From: a virus
Taxonomy: Duplodnaviria > Caudoviricetes
IMG/VR virus record: IMGVR_UViG_3300031784_000189
Location: 1 to 25,186 of that record
Direction: 5' to 3' (one strand)
DNA length: 25,186 bases
Notes under the pieces: generated by a model
The model's database searches: none
Seen by the model: the letters and a program-made list of their open reading frames with translations, nothing else
Told to the model about the DNA's origin: nothing
Position numbers and translations under genes: made by a program
Shown here: piece by piece, positions 17,429 through 25,186 of the stretch
Layout of the letters: every line of letters begins with the position of its first letter
How positions within the stretch are numbered: position 1 is the first letter of the stretch

Positions 17429-17933
17429 CTTTGTATAATGCGCAGACTATACCATCATACATATCACCATTTCGTTCATCCCAATTACCCTTTTTGTTAA
17501 GAACAGTAAATTTAACTACATCAGGACAAAGTGATTCCAATTCACATTTTACAAATTCTTTTGATTTAACGCCTTTAATTCTACACTTACCAAATAATTG
17601 TTTACGCATAGTATTAACCGATAACAGATTTACCTTGACTTTAAAGTGTTCTTCAATAATATAAGCAAAGACTGCGTTATGACGAGCCAATGTAATTATA
17701 ACTTGTTGTGATGTGAATCCACCAGCAAATCCACTTAAAGCGGCTTCTAAATTAATGACGGTAACATCTTTAATTAACAGATTCTTTTCCAATTCGGATA
17801 TAACAAAAAAAGTTTTCTCTTTTGTTGTTTCAAATTTTTTGGTATCAATATAACCGGCATCTAAGACTTTTCCGTCTTTACTAAATGCCCAACCTGTAAC
17901 TGATGTGGATGAATCTAAACCTAATATAACCAT
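17367..17933 (-). CDS. ruvC: RuvC-like Holliday junction resolvase
   Basis: ILGLDSSTSVTGWA (catalytic D), INLEAAL (catalytic E), MRKQLFG...SKEFV and DMYDGIVCA (catalytic D pair). 188 aa. Confidence 0.85.
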   Translation of the reverse strand: MVILGLDSSTSVTGWAFSKDGKVLDAGYIDTKKFETTKEKTFFVISELEKNLLIKDVTVINLEAALSGFAGGFTSQQVIITLARHNAVFAYIIEEHFKVKVNLLSVNTMRKQLFGKCRIKGVKSKEFVKCELESLCPDVVKFTVLNKKGNWDERNGDMYDGIVCALYKDEPQQNNRVSKKDKSISRKG

Positions 17934-17956
17934 ATACTAATATATAGTATATGTTA

Positions 17957-18253
17957 TTATCCTTTATATTTTTTATTATTAAAACCCTTTACCAATGATG
18001 ATAATTCTTTAGATGTACTATTTTTTCTATCTGGAACATCCGCTAAATCTGACAATCCAATTGGTTGTTTTACTCTAAATCCACCTTTATCAATTGTAAA
18101 TTGTTGACCCTTTGCAGAAGGATTTGGACCAGTTGTTATAGAATCTGGTTTGGTATTGATATCTTTAGCATTAAATGCACCTCCTGAACTTTGAGATTGA
18201 TATCTTTGTTCTAGACTCTTGTTTAAAGATTCTCTGTTTACTGGTGTTGGCAT
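17957..18253 (-). CDS. Small hydrophilic hypothetical protein (late-type)
   Basis: 98-aa ORF that fills the gap between its neighbours and has its own TATTTATA motif upstream. No recognisable domain. Confidence 0.7.
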   Translation of the reverse strand: MPTPVNRESLNKSLEQRYQSQSSGGAFNAKDINTKPDSITTGPNPSAKGQQFTIDKGGFRVKQPIGLSDLADVPDRKNSTSKELSSLVKGFNNKKYKG

Positions 18254-18270
18254 ATATTATACTTTCTTTT

Positions 18271-18279
18271 TATAAATAT
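18271..18279 (-). promoter_or_regulatory. Putative late-promoter motif ATATTTATA
   Basis: In the 28-nt gap, 17 nt upstream of the 98-aa gene ATG. Confidence 0.62.
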
Positions 18280-18281
18280 GT

Positions 18282-20597
18282 TTAAATATCCCATTTTACA
18301 AAAATATTTAGTGGTAATTCACCAGTATTTTTAATTGGCATACCCAATTTAGCAACCGCAACCAAATCTGCACCACTATAAAGCCCTACTGTTGTTATAT
18401 ATGGAGCTAAATAAGAACCAGTTGGGTCAATTGAAGAACTATAATTAAATCCAAAAAATTCTTCTTTTATACTCTTACCACCAAATTTACCAGTTTTTTG
18501 TTCAATATAACTTACAATTTCTTGTACAGTTTTTCTAATAGACTTCGGTTCTATATACTTGAATATATCGGTTTGATTCAAATTATCATTGAAATACTTC
18601 CACAGTATGTACATATCATTCAAATTAACTTTATTATTACCATCAATATCAAAATCATAATAGTTTGATGACAATAATGAAGTATAATTGGTTGTATAAC
18701 TAGATGAAATGTTATATTCTACAGAATAAAGATTAAATAGTGATTGTTCTTCATTTGTAAATGTCATATAATCCCACCAATTATATGAACCATTTACTTG
18801 ATAGTTAATATATTTTAATATCAAATCTAGGTCGGTAAAATCAAAATATTTATTACCATCAATATCAAAATCAAATGTATTTGGAACTAATGATGTAGGA
18901 TTTGTACTATAGTTAAATTCTCCAGATTCAATTCTACATAATACTTGTTTTTCATATAGTTTAACATTGCTCTTATATTCAATGTCATATTTAGATTGTA
19001 ATGGATTAGAACGATCTTTTAATAAATTATCAAAAATAGAACCACTATTTGACAAAATAATCTTACCATCTCTATAAAATACATTTCCAATATGATAATT
19101 GGTGACTAGATCATTAAAATTATAAATATATGAATAACCATTTATGGTATCATATACGGAAGATGTCATTTCATTTGGGTTTACCAAGAATAATGGGGAA
19201 CCAATTGATATTATATTATCTGTAATTGCAGTACTATATCCAAATGTTGTGTATGGATAACCATATTTTTTCTTTTTAGTAACTACAGATTTTACTTCCC
19301 ATAGTGAAGTAGATAGTGATGATGTATAGTAAACAATTTGTCCTAAAGTATCAATTACATTGTCATTTGGGTTGCAATCAAATCTTTTATTAATTGTATT
19401 TTTAATATAACTAGAACTAAATTGACTAATATCTTTTGTACTGGTAGCAATCGCATTGCCTTTGTAAATGTCAACGGAATATCCTAAATTATTTGATTCT
19501 AAAATATTATCATCTCCAAATGATTTTTCTAATAAAAACCAATCAGTTGCATCCGAACACTTTTTCCAAAAATAAACTGCACCTCTATTTCGTAGAACTG
19601 TAGAACCACTCCATTCATAATAATACATGTCATTTGGAGAACCTACCATAATTGTATCTCCATAGATTGATACCGAATTACCATAATTACTTCCGCTTGG
19701 TTGACTGCCAGGAAAATATGGTTTGGTATCAATGAAATTTAATGAACCGGTAATATTTCTGTCTTGATCCAATCTATCATTTTCCACCCATTGATTTGTA
19801 GATGTATTTAATTCGTATACAAAAACTGCACTGCCTGTTGATTTATTACCAACTACTATTCTATTTGATCCACTCGGATCAATCTTAACTACACTACCAT
19901 AATAATAATCCGCAGGTAATCCACCAGGAGATAATGTTTGATAATGGTTCCATACACCAAGAGATTGTGTATATATATAAGCCGCATTATTTTTACTTGA
20001 TCCAACTACTAATTTGTTTTCAAAAATTGAAACCGATTCACCAAATGTAGAATATTCTAGATTGTCAAATGAATTTGTAATACTATATTTTGGATAATAA
20101 ACCGTTCCAGATACATAACTACTTGAATAATCAGATAAATCGTATATATCAACACAAGAACCTGTATAAACTATAGAACCGTTAATCAATGAAAATCTAT
20201 AATATGGATTTCCAATTACTACTATTGATCCGGATACATCTACAGATAAGCCATAAGAATCATCATAAATAACAGGATTCCATCCACCTAAATCAATTTC
20301 TATGTTCAATCCTAAAATAGGAACAGATGATGTATCTGCATTAATATATGTAGTGTCTACACTACTGGTATCCGCAGACAAATATCCTGGAAAATCATCC
20401 GGATTTATGTATTTATAAAATATAAAATTGGGATCGTATACATCTGTTGTTTTAGAATATTTAAATACTTCAACCGATCCTTTATTATTTAATACGAATG
20501 ATCCGGATAAAAAAGATGTAGGATTTCCAACTGCTACATAATCACCGTCAGCAGCAATTGAATATCCTGTTTTTAATTTATAAATTGGATCGGTCAT
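18282..20597 (-). CDS. Baseplate/tail-associated protein with 7 FG-GAP-like repeats and dockerin-like Ca-binding repeats
   Basis: Seven blades: GYSIAADGDYVAVGNP, YGLSVDVSGSIVVIGNP, FGESVSIFENKLVVGS, YGSVVKIDPSGSNRIVVGN, YGNSVSIYGDTIMVGSP, LGYSVDIYKGNAIATS and FGYSTAITDNIISIGSP. Two DFDIDGN...D...KY repeats. The C-terminal YITTVGLY...LVAVAKL is shared with 21230..22336. Confidence 0.78.
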   Translation of the reverse strand: MTDPIYKLKTGYSIAADGDYVAVGNPTSFLSGSFVLNNKGSVEVFKYSKTTDVYDPNFIFYKYINPDDFPGYLSADTSSVDTTYINADTSSVPILGLNIEIDLGGWNPVIYDDSYGLSVDVSGSIVVIGNPYYRFSLINGSIVYTGSCVDIYDLSDYSSSYVSGTVYYPKYSITNSFDNLEYSTFGESVSIFENKLVVGSSKNNAAYIYTQSLGVWNHYQTLSPGGLPADYYYGSVVKIDPSGSNRIVVGNKSTGSAVFVYELNTSTNQWVENDRLDQDRNITGSLNFIDTKPYFPGSQPSGSNYGNSVSIYGDTIMVGSPNDMYYYEWSGSTVLRNRGAVYFWKKCSDATDWFLLEKSFGDDNILESNNLGYSVDIYKGNAIATSTKDISQFSSSYIKNTINKRFDCNPNDNVIDTLGQIVYYTSSLSTSLWEVKSVVTKKKKYGYPYTTFGYSTAITDNIISIGSPLFLVNPNEMTSSVYDTINGYSYIYNFNDLVTNYHIGNVFYRDGKIILSNSGSIFDNLLKDRSNPLQSKYDIEYKSNVKLYEKQVLCRIESGEFNYSTNPTSLVPNTFDFDIDGNKYFDFTDLDLILKYINYQVNGSYNWWDYMTFTNEEQSLFNLYSVEYNISSSYTTNYTSLLSSNYYDFDIDGNNKVNLNDMYILWKYFNDNLNQTDIFKYIEPKSIRKTVQEIVSYIEQKTGKFGGKSIKEEFFGFNYSSSIDPTGSYLAPYITTVGLYSGADLVAVAKLGMPIKNTGELPLNIFVKWDI
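18634..18873. repeat. Exact 24-bp direct repeat, 216 bp apart
   Basis: TTATTACCATCAATATCAAAATCA occurs at 18634-18657 and 18850-18873, encoding the two DFDIDGN loops. Confidence 0.9.
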
Positions 20598-21217
20598 ATA
20601 TCAGTGAATTCTATTTCTTGATAAGTAGAAAAATAACTTCCACTAAGTATTAAATTTTCATTTCCATCATCTACAATTACATAATTGGCATCATCTTGAT
20701 CGTCAATTATTGTTACACTATATGGAGAAATTTTTTCTCCGAAATTAATTGTTGGAATTGTGAATACATCCATTACATCTGTCAAGAGTCTATATGTAGT
20801 ATCCAAATTGAAATTTTCTACACCCCATAATTGAGTTGGATTATTATATGTGTTGTAAAATAATTGTTTATTGGTATTATATACCATTCGCATATAAGTA
20901 CCATCAGTATTAGTTGGATTGGATGCCGAATTATAATATTGATTTCCTACCGGGAAAAATGTGCCTGTAATGTTTAAACCACGATGATATTGAACAAAAT
21001 CATCACTTTGTTGTTGTAACGCTAAATTACAATAACTATTTGTTGTAGGCAAACTTGTACCGTCACCATAATCAATATAAATATGAGATATCGATCCACT
21101 TAATGATCCAGACATCCATAATATCAAATCCGTAGCTTCAATATTTGTAGGATTCCAGAGTTTCTTAGCAACAAATGGGGTAACTTGGACATCATCTCTA
21201 TTTAGACTTTTAATCAT
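20594..21217 (-). CDS. Virion structural protein; resembles the N-terminal half of 21230..22336
   Basis: 207-aa ORF. VFTIPTINFGEKISPYSVTI...IVDD aligns by eye with VLNFSADKYKDRVDEGQIEF...FIDD of the upstream gene. ATGA overlap with the next gene. Confidence 0.65.
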   Translation of the reverse strand: MIKSLNRDDVQVTPFVAKKLWNPTNIEATDLILWMSGSLSGSISHIYIDYGDGTSLPTTNSYCNLALQQQSDDFVQYHRGLNITGTFFPVGNQYYNSASNPTNTDGTYMRMVYNTNKQLFYNTYNNPTQLWGVENFNLDTTYRLLTDVMDVFTIPTINFGEKISPYSVTIIDDQDDANYVIVDDGNENLILSGSYFSTYQEIEFTDI

Positions 21218-21229
21218 GTATCCATTAGT

Positions 21230-22336
21230 TTAAAAATCAAGTCTTACTCTAATCAACAATTCACTATCAAAAGTTTTTTGTGTTGGTTGACTCAATTTTG
21301 CAACTGCTACAAGTTCATTATCACTATCATATAAACCAACAGTAGTAATATAAGTCGTAGGATTATTTACGAAATCACTAATCTTGATCGCACCTCTTGC
21401 TAATACTGTACCATTTAAACTATCAGTAGTACCATTTGCAATAAATGTTGGATTGTTTGTATAATTAAAATCTTGATTCTTTACTCTTACGAAATATTGA
21501 GCAGATGGTAAATATTCGGATTTTCTTACTTTAAATGTCTTTGTTGTGCATTTAGTAATTGCTTGGAACATAGTTCTTTGATTCAATGCGTATGTATTGG
21601 TTTGATCAGCAACACTTGCGAATGATCCAGTCAAAGATACACCAACAGAAGAACTAATTGCACCTGCATTTAATACAACTGTACCTGTTTTTGGATAAAA
21701 TAATCCAATGGAATTATATGTAATTACTCCACCACTTGAATATGCAGATGGAACACCGTCATTTACACTACCGCTAATGATATTATAAACGTCAAATTGT
21801 TTCTTAACTACAGAAGAATCATCGATAAATGTAAATTGACCATTGGCACCACTAATACTAAATTCAATTTGTCCTTCATCTACACGATCTTTATATTTAT
21901 CAGCGGAGAAATTCAATACTACTATACCAGATCCTGTAACAGATGTAGTTGAATCGGTGGCTGTAGCTACAGTGTAATTACCTGATTTAAAATTAAAAAA
22001 TGTATCGTCCGGTGTCAACAATACATTCTTATATTGATTGTAAATTGCTTGTGTTGGACGAATATATAATGATGTTGCATCGGTAATAGATGAACCAGAA
22101 CCATAATAATCACCATATGTTATTGAAAAATGTGGTTGGTTTTGGTAATATACATTGTAATAATACAATCCATTTTGAACATCATATTGGTTTGAACCAG
22201 TCAATACCACTTGAGTGGATGATGTTGTAAAAGTTGATTGTGTTACTGCATAATTGCCGTCAACCCAAAATCCAGAAGAAACTGTATTGATTCTTCCTGC
22301 TACTATGTCTGTAGATTCAAAGTTTTTAAAAATCAT
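21230..22336 (-). CDS. Baseplate/tail-collar-type structural protein
   Basis: 368 aa, S/T/G-rich. C-terminal TYITTVGLYDSDNELVAVAKLSQP resembles the 'EiGLyd.dg.LiAva' motif of tail-collar fibre (DUF3751/P2 gpH N-terminal) domains. Confidence 0.68.
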   Translation of the reverse strand: MIFKNFESTDIVAGRINTVSSGFWVDGNYAVTQSTFTTSSTQVVLTGSNQYDVQNGLYYYNVYYQNQPHFSITYGDYYGSGSSITDATSLYIRPTQAIYNQYKNVLLTPDDTFFNFKSGNYTVATATDSTTSVTGSGIVVLNFSADKYKDRVDEGQIEFSISGANGQFTFIDDSSVVKKQFDVYNIISGSVNDGVPSAYSSGGVITYNSIGLFYPKTGTVVLNAGAISSSVGVSLTGSFASVADQTNTYALNQRTMFQAITKCTTKTFKVRKSEYLPSAQYFVRVKNQDFNYTNNPTFIANGTTDSLNGTVLARGAIKISDFVNNPTTYITTVGLYDSDNELVAVAKLSQPTQKTFDSELLIRVRLDF

Positions 22337-22350
22337 ATTTTATTAAGCGG

Positions 22351-22980
22351 TTAAACTGTTATGGTAACTGGAATTGTTAAACTACCACCGCTTTCATTAC
22401 CAATGATAGTCAATGTTGTAGTTATGGTAGATATCAAAGCGTTATTTGGTACAAATTTAAACTTATTACCAACTACTACTTGAGAAGCAGCAGTAACTGC
22501 ATCACCAGCAAAACTTGGAACAGTAGCACTTGTAGAATTAATACTATTTGTTTCTGTTACTAATAATGTTCCGGCATTCTTATTACCCAATATAGCAGTA
22601 TATCCTAGTGTTGTATTATATGTTGGATTGGTACTTGGAGAAATTATAAATTCACTAGTATTCAATCTATTGGTTATAATACTTGTTTGTGCGATAGAAA
22701 TTACTGGAATTGCGGTTACTCCAGATGGCAATGTTACCAACTTGTACTTCATTACTTGTGTTTCATCACTAAATGGTTCCAATACTGGTGTATTTCTTAT
22801 AGCAATATCATAAAAAGCACTGCCTAGTGGATGTGTTGAATTGTATAAGTTATAGTCAATTTCATCATCCGCAAGAGCAAATGATGTAATGTTCAAAGAA
22901 CCATTCTTTGCCAACAATTGTCTACCTTTTTGGGTTAAAATCGCATCAACTGTTATAGTTTTGTTATCTAGATATGCCAT
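22351..22980 (-). CDS. Baseplate/tail-collar-type structural protein
   Basis: 209 aa. AILTQKGRQLLAKNGSLNITSFALADDEIDY resembles the N-terminal 'iLT..Gr..la....l.it.fa.gD' motif of tail-collar fibre domains. The C-terminus is beta-rich. Confidence 0.68.
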   Translation of the reverse strand: MAYLDNKTITVDAILTQKGRQLLAKNGSLNITSFALADDEIDYNLYNSTHPLGSAFYDIAIRNTPVLEPFSDETQVMKYKLVTLPSGVTAIPVISIAQTSIITNRLNTSEFIISPSTNPTYNTTLGYTAILGNKNAGTLLVTETNSINSTSATVPSFAGDAVTAASQVVVGNKFKFVPNNALISTITTTLTIIGNESGGSLTIPVTITV

Positions 22981-22984
22981 ATAA

Positions 22985-23009
22985 TATAAGTATATTTATC
23001 AATAAATAT
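22985..23009 (-). promoter_or_regulatory. Variant late-promoter motifs (ATACTTATA and ATATTTATT)
   Basis: Two one-mismatch copies (22985-22993 and 23001-23009) lie in the gap upstream of the 209-aa gene. Confidence 0.45.
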
Positions 23010-23026
23010 TATTCATTAAATTTTTC

Positions 23027-25186
23027 TTATGAACTAATCAATGAATTTTCAGAAACTTGTAAATTTATTTGAGTTCTTTCAATTGGTGATGAATTATCAC
23101 TATTTCCTTCATCATCTACAGTCGTATATATAGTTTGGCTAGATTTTTTATAAAATGAGCCTGTTGGTGAATTGACGAAATATTGATTTGTTGAAAATCT
23201 TGAAATTCTTCTTTTCATCGAATAATGTCCTATAGGATATGATTCGGTATCAAAAATAGAAGAATTATTGTCATATGTAGCAAATAAAGATGCGGAATTG
23301 ACATTTACATAAGAATATATATTTACAAATTTACTGCTAGAATTTTCTAAACTGGTATTTGGATCGATACCAAACAAATATACATTCTTATTATTTCTGT
23401 AAATATAATTACTTTCAAATTTATCAAAAAACGATCCACTAACAGAAAATGTGCTTAATCTCTTATCATAATTCAAACTAGAGAACTGGAATGTTGTGAA
23501 GTTATTAGATGTATATGATGATGGATGCATTGATGATGTCAATGAACCATACGTAGAAGATGTTAATGGAAAGTTTAGTCCATTTTTACTTAAATTAACT
23601 TGACTTGTGCTTTTATAATTTCTTTCAAAAGAAGCAGAAAAATTTCTAAGTGGTTGATATGAACTACTTAAATCGTAAGCAATAGCACTATCTATTGGTC
23701 GGTTTTGATATTTATTTCTTTCCAATAGACTTGGTTCAATCAATATACCGTCAATTACTTTACTTCTTGCTGGAAGCAATTGTGTAACTGTTTCAAAGAA
23801 AGATCCGTCAAAATAATTCTTATATAGAGTCATGAACTCTTGATATAAGACTTGTTCGGATAAATTATATTTGTTATAATTGTTTCTTAGTGTTTGTAAA
23901 CTTTCATAATTGTCAACGAAAATATTGGATGGATTTCCGATTAAATCCATAATATCATATTCACCCAAGAAATTTAAAATGTCATCGTCTCTTACTTTAA
24001 ACGGAGAAATATATACAGCTAATAAATTTGAATCGGTGGTTACTAAATTATTTACAACACTGGTTTCATTAGGCATCAATCTAGCTTCAACATTTTGTGT
24101 TGCTTTATTAATCTTTACATTCTTGAATTTATTAGGTCCATATTGTCCCAATTTAATGTTTTGATTGATTTCAATTTCATCAAATTGATATGGATACAAA
24201 GATGCAGATACGGTTAAACAATTTGATTGTGTAGTTGTATTTTGTGCAAAGTTATATGCAGAAGCACTATATTGTGAATATAATTTATTTGCATTTCTTA
24301 CAACAAAGAATGAACTAGTGTACATATTAACTGGATAATCATAACTGTATCTAAAATACAAATTATCATATGTCGTACTGTCATTATTTGTTCTATAAGA
24401 ATCAAAATTCTTACAATGTTCTATAAAAGATTCATCGTCTAATTCATGTTTCCATAGATTTATTTTGTCTATATTTCCTTGGAATAAATTTCCACCACCC
24501 GTATAGTTTCCTACATAAAGCAAACCGAAACTATTGAATGATTCATTGATTCCTTCGGTACCACTAATAATTGATTTATTATCATCAAATACAATTTCAT
24601 CATTGTCAACAGATGTAACTCTTAATGAATATTGATATGGTAATTGGCCGCCAGATCCCGAATCATAACTTGCAGATAAATTGATTTGTTTAATTAATAC
24701 ATTGAATACATTTCCATTAAACAATGGCAATGAATCTGTTTCAAGATAGTCAGTTGGTGCTCCAGATGGAGACATATCAAATTTTAATTTTCCAAATGTA
24801 TCTTTAACTTCCTTTTTGATTGATACATCCCAATTAGTTGTTTTTAACAAATAAACTTTGGTATTTTGTGGATAGATATAATCCGAATCAATTCTAAATT
24901 TAAATTCTATTGAATTGACATAACTTGATGTGCCAAATACAGGTATTATTATTGCATCACCATTTCTGGTATATTTTGTAAAGTAATATTTACTTTGATA
25001 TGTGTAGGATGAATTATCTTCATCAGAAATCTTATTACCACCATATTCTTTAACATTTAATAAACTACGAGGAATTCCATAAATGTTAGATATTGTTCTA
25101 ATACATTCTTCTGTTCCCTTAGTCTTGTAAATCAATGGAAGTGTCTTTAGAATTCTATTCCAAATTATCTTTAATTTATCATAATC
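23027..25186 (-). CDS. Large baseplate wedge/tail protein with LamG-like domain (5'-truncated by window edge)
   Basis: The frame is open to 25186 (DYDKLKIIWNRILKTLPLIYKTKGTEECIRTISNIYGIP). The 'YKTKGT...YG' motif resembles P2 gpI-type baseplate proteins. SIEFKFR...LYVGN...FQGNIDKINLWKHEL resembles a LamG/ConA-like domain. Confidence 0.7.
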   Translation of the reverse strand, partial: DYDKLKIIWNRILKTLPLIYKTKGTEECIRTISNIYGIPRSLLNVKEYGGNKISDEDNSSYTYQSKYYFTKYTRNGDAIIIPVFGTSSYVNSIEFKFRIDSDYIYPQNTKVYLLKTTNWDVSIKKEVKDTFGKLKFDMSPSGAPTDYLETDSLPLFNGNVFNVLIKQINLSASYDSGSGGQLPYQYSLRVTSVDNDEIVFDDNKSIISGTEGINESFNSFGLLYVGNYTGGGNLFQGNIDKINLWKHELDDESFIEHCKNFDSYRTNNDSTTYDNLYFRYSYDYPVNMYTSSFFVVRNANKLYSQYSASAYNFAQNTTTQSNCLTVSASLYPYQFDEIEINQNIKLGQYGPNKFKNVKINKATQNVEARLMPNETSVVNNLVTTDSNLLAVYISPFKVRDDDILNFLGEYDIMDLIGNPSNIFVDNYESLQTLRNNYNKYNLSEQVLYQEFMTLYKNYFDGSFFETVTQLLPARSKVIDGILIEPSLLERNKYQNRPIDSAIAYDLSSSYQPLRNFSASFERNYKSTSQVNLSKNGLNFPLTSSTYGSLTSSMHPSSYTSNNFTTFQFSSLNYDKRLSTFSVSGSFFDKFESNYIYRNNKNVYLFGIDPNTSLENSSSKFVNIYSYVNVNSASLFATYDNNSSIFDTESYPIGHYSMKRRISRFSTNQYFVNSPTGSFYKKSSQTIYTTVDDEGNSDNSSPIERTQINLQVSENSLISS

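Noticed and set aside
17367-17933. RuvC-fold protein as TnpB/Cas12/transposase
   Set aside because: Only 188 aa, with no Zn-ribbon or REC/WED regions and no flanking ncRNA space or IS ends. It fits a stand-alone resolvase.
19121-19129. Internal ATATTTATA motif at the propeller/C-terminal junction of the 771-aa gene
   Set aside because: The nearest downstream ATG is out of frame and stops after two codons (ATG ATC TAG). Chance copies are expected in AT-rich coding DNA (here encoding YIY).
754-24164. All plus-strand ORFs in the track (62-145 aa), e.g. 754-1035, 3534-3845, 10456-10800 and 15783-16220
   Set aside because: Each lies almost entirely antisense to long, motif-bearing minus-strand genes and shows the I/L/S/F-rich composition of antisense shadow frames, with no recognisable motifs.
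25133-25135. Start of the 702-aa ORF as given in the track
   Set aside because: It is a TTG (Leu) codon in a frame that stays open to the window edge, so the true start lies outside the window.
100-25186. Stop-codon recoding, introns or inteins (common in large phages)
   Set aside because: Genes are full-length under code 11 and tile the strand tightly. TGA stops occur in ATGA overlaps. Terminase and primase have no insertions, and no gap is evidently occupied by a tRNA or intron.

Overview
This window is a gene-dense, strongly AT-rich segment of a large myovirus (probably jumbo-phage-like; host not determinable here). All real genes are on the minus strand. In transcription order (right to left): a truncated baseplate/tail protein with a LamG-like domain, four baseplate/tail-collar-type proteins (one with a 7-blade FG-GAP propeller and a dockerin-like Ca-binding duplication), and a small hypothetical protein. 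Next is an embedded DNA-processing block: RuvC-like resolvase, DUF2786-like protein, DnaG-type primase and a single-chain Mre11-Rad50 (SbcD-SbcC) fusion. Then come a tail-fibre-like protein, a 1079-aa tail sheath with a terminator, and a coupled operon of flavoprotein, 990-aa ligase-like/double nucleotidyltransferase protein, Zn-finger protein and large terminase, followed by the start of a probable portal gene. A recurring TATTTATA motif precedes late-type genes. The most interesting signal is the flavoprotein plus 990-aa protein. Both start MIKL...LLxE, and the 990-aa protein has [I]xE-GG motifs exactly at its domain junctions. This suggests protease-processed, virion-packaged enzyme cargo (inference, untested). 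No RNA genes, CRISPR arrays, introns or inteins were seen. Family assignments are from motif recognition only; no searches were run.
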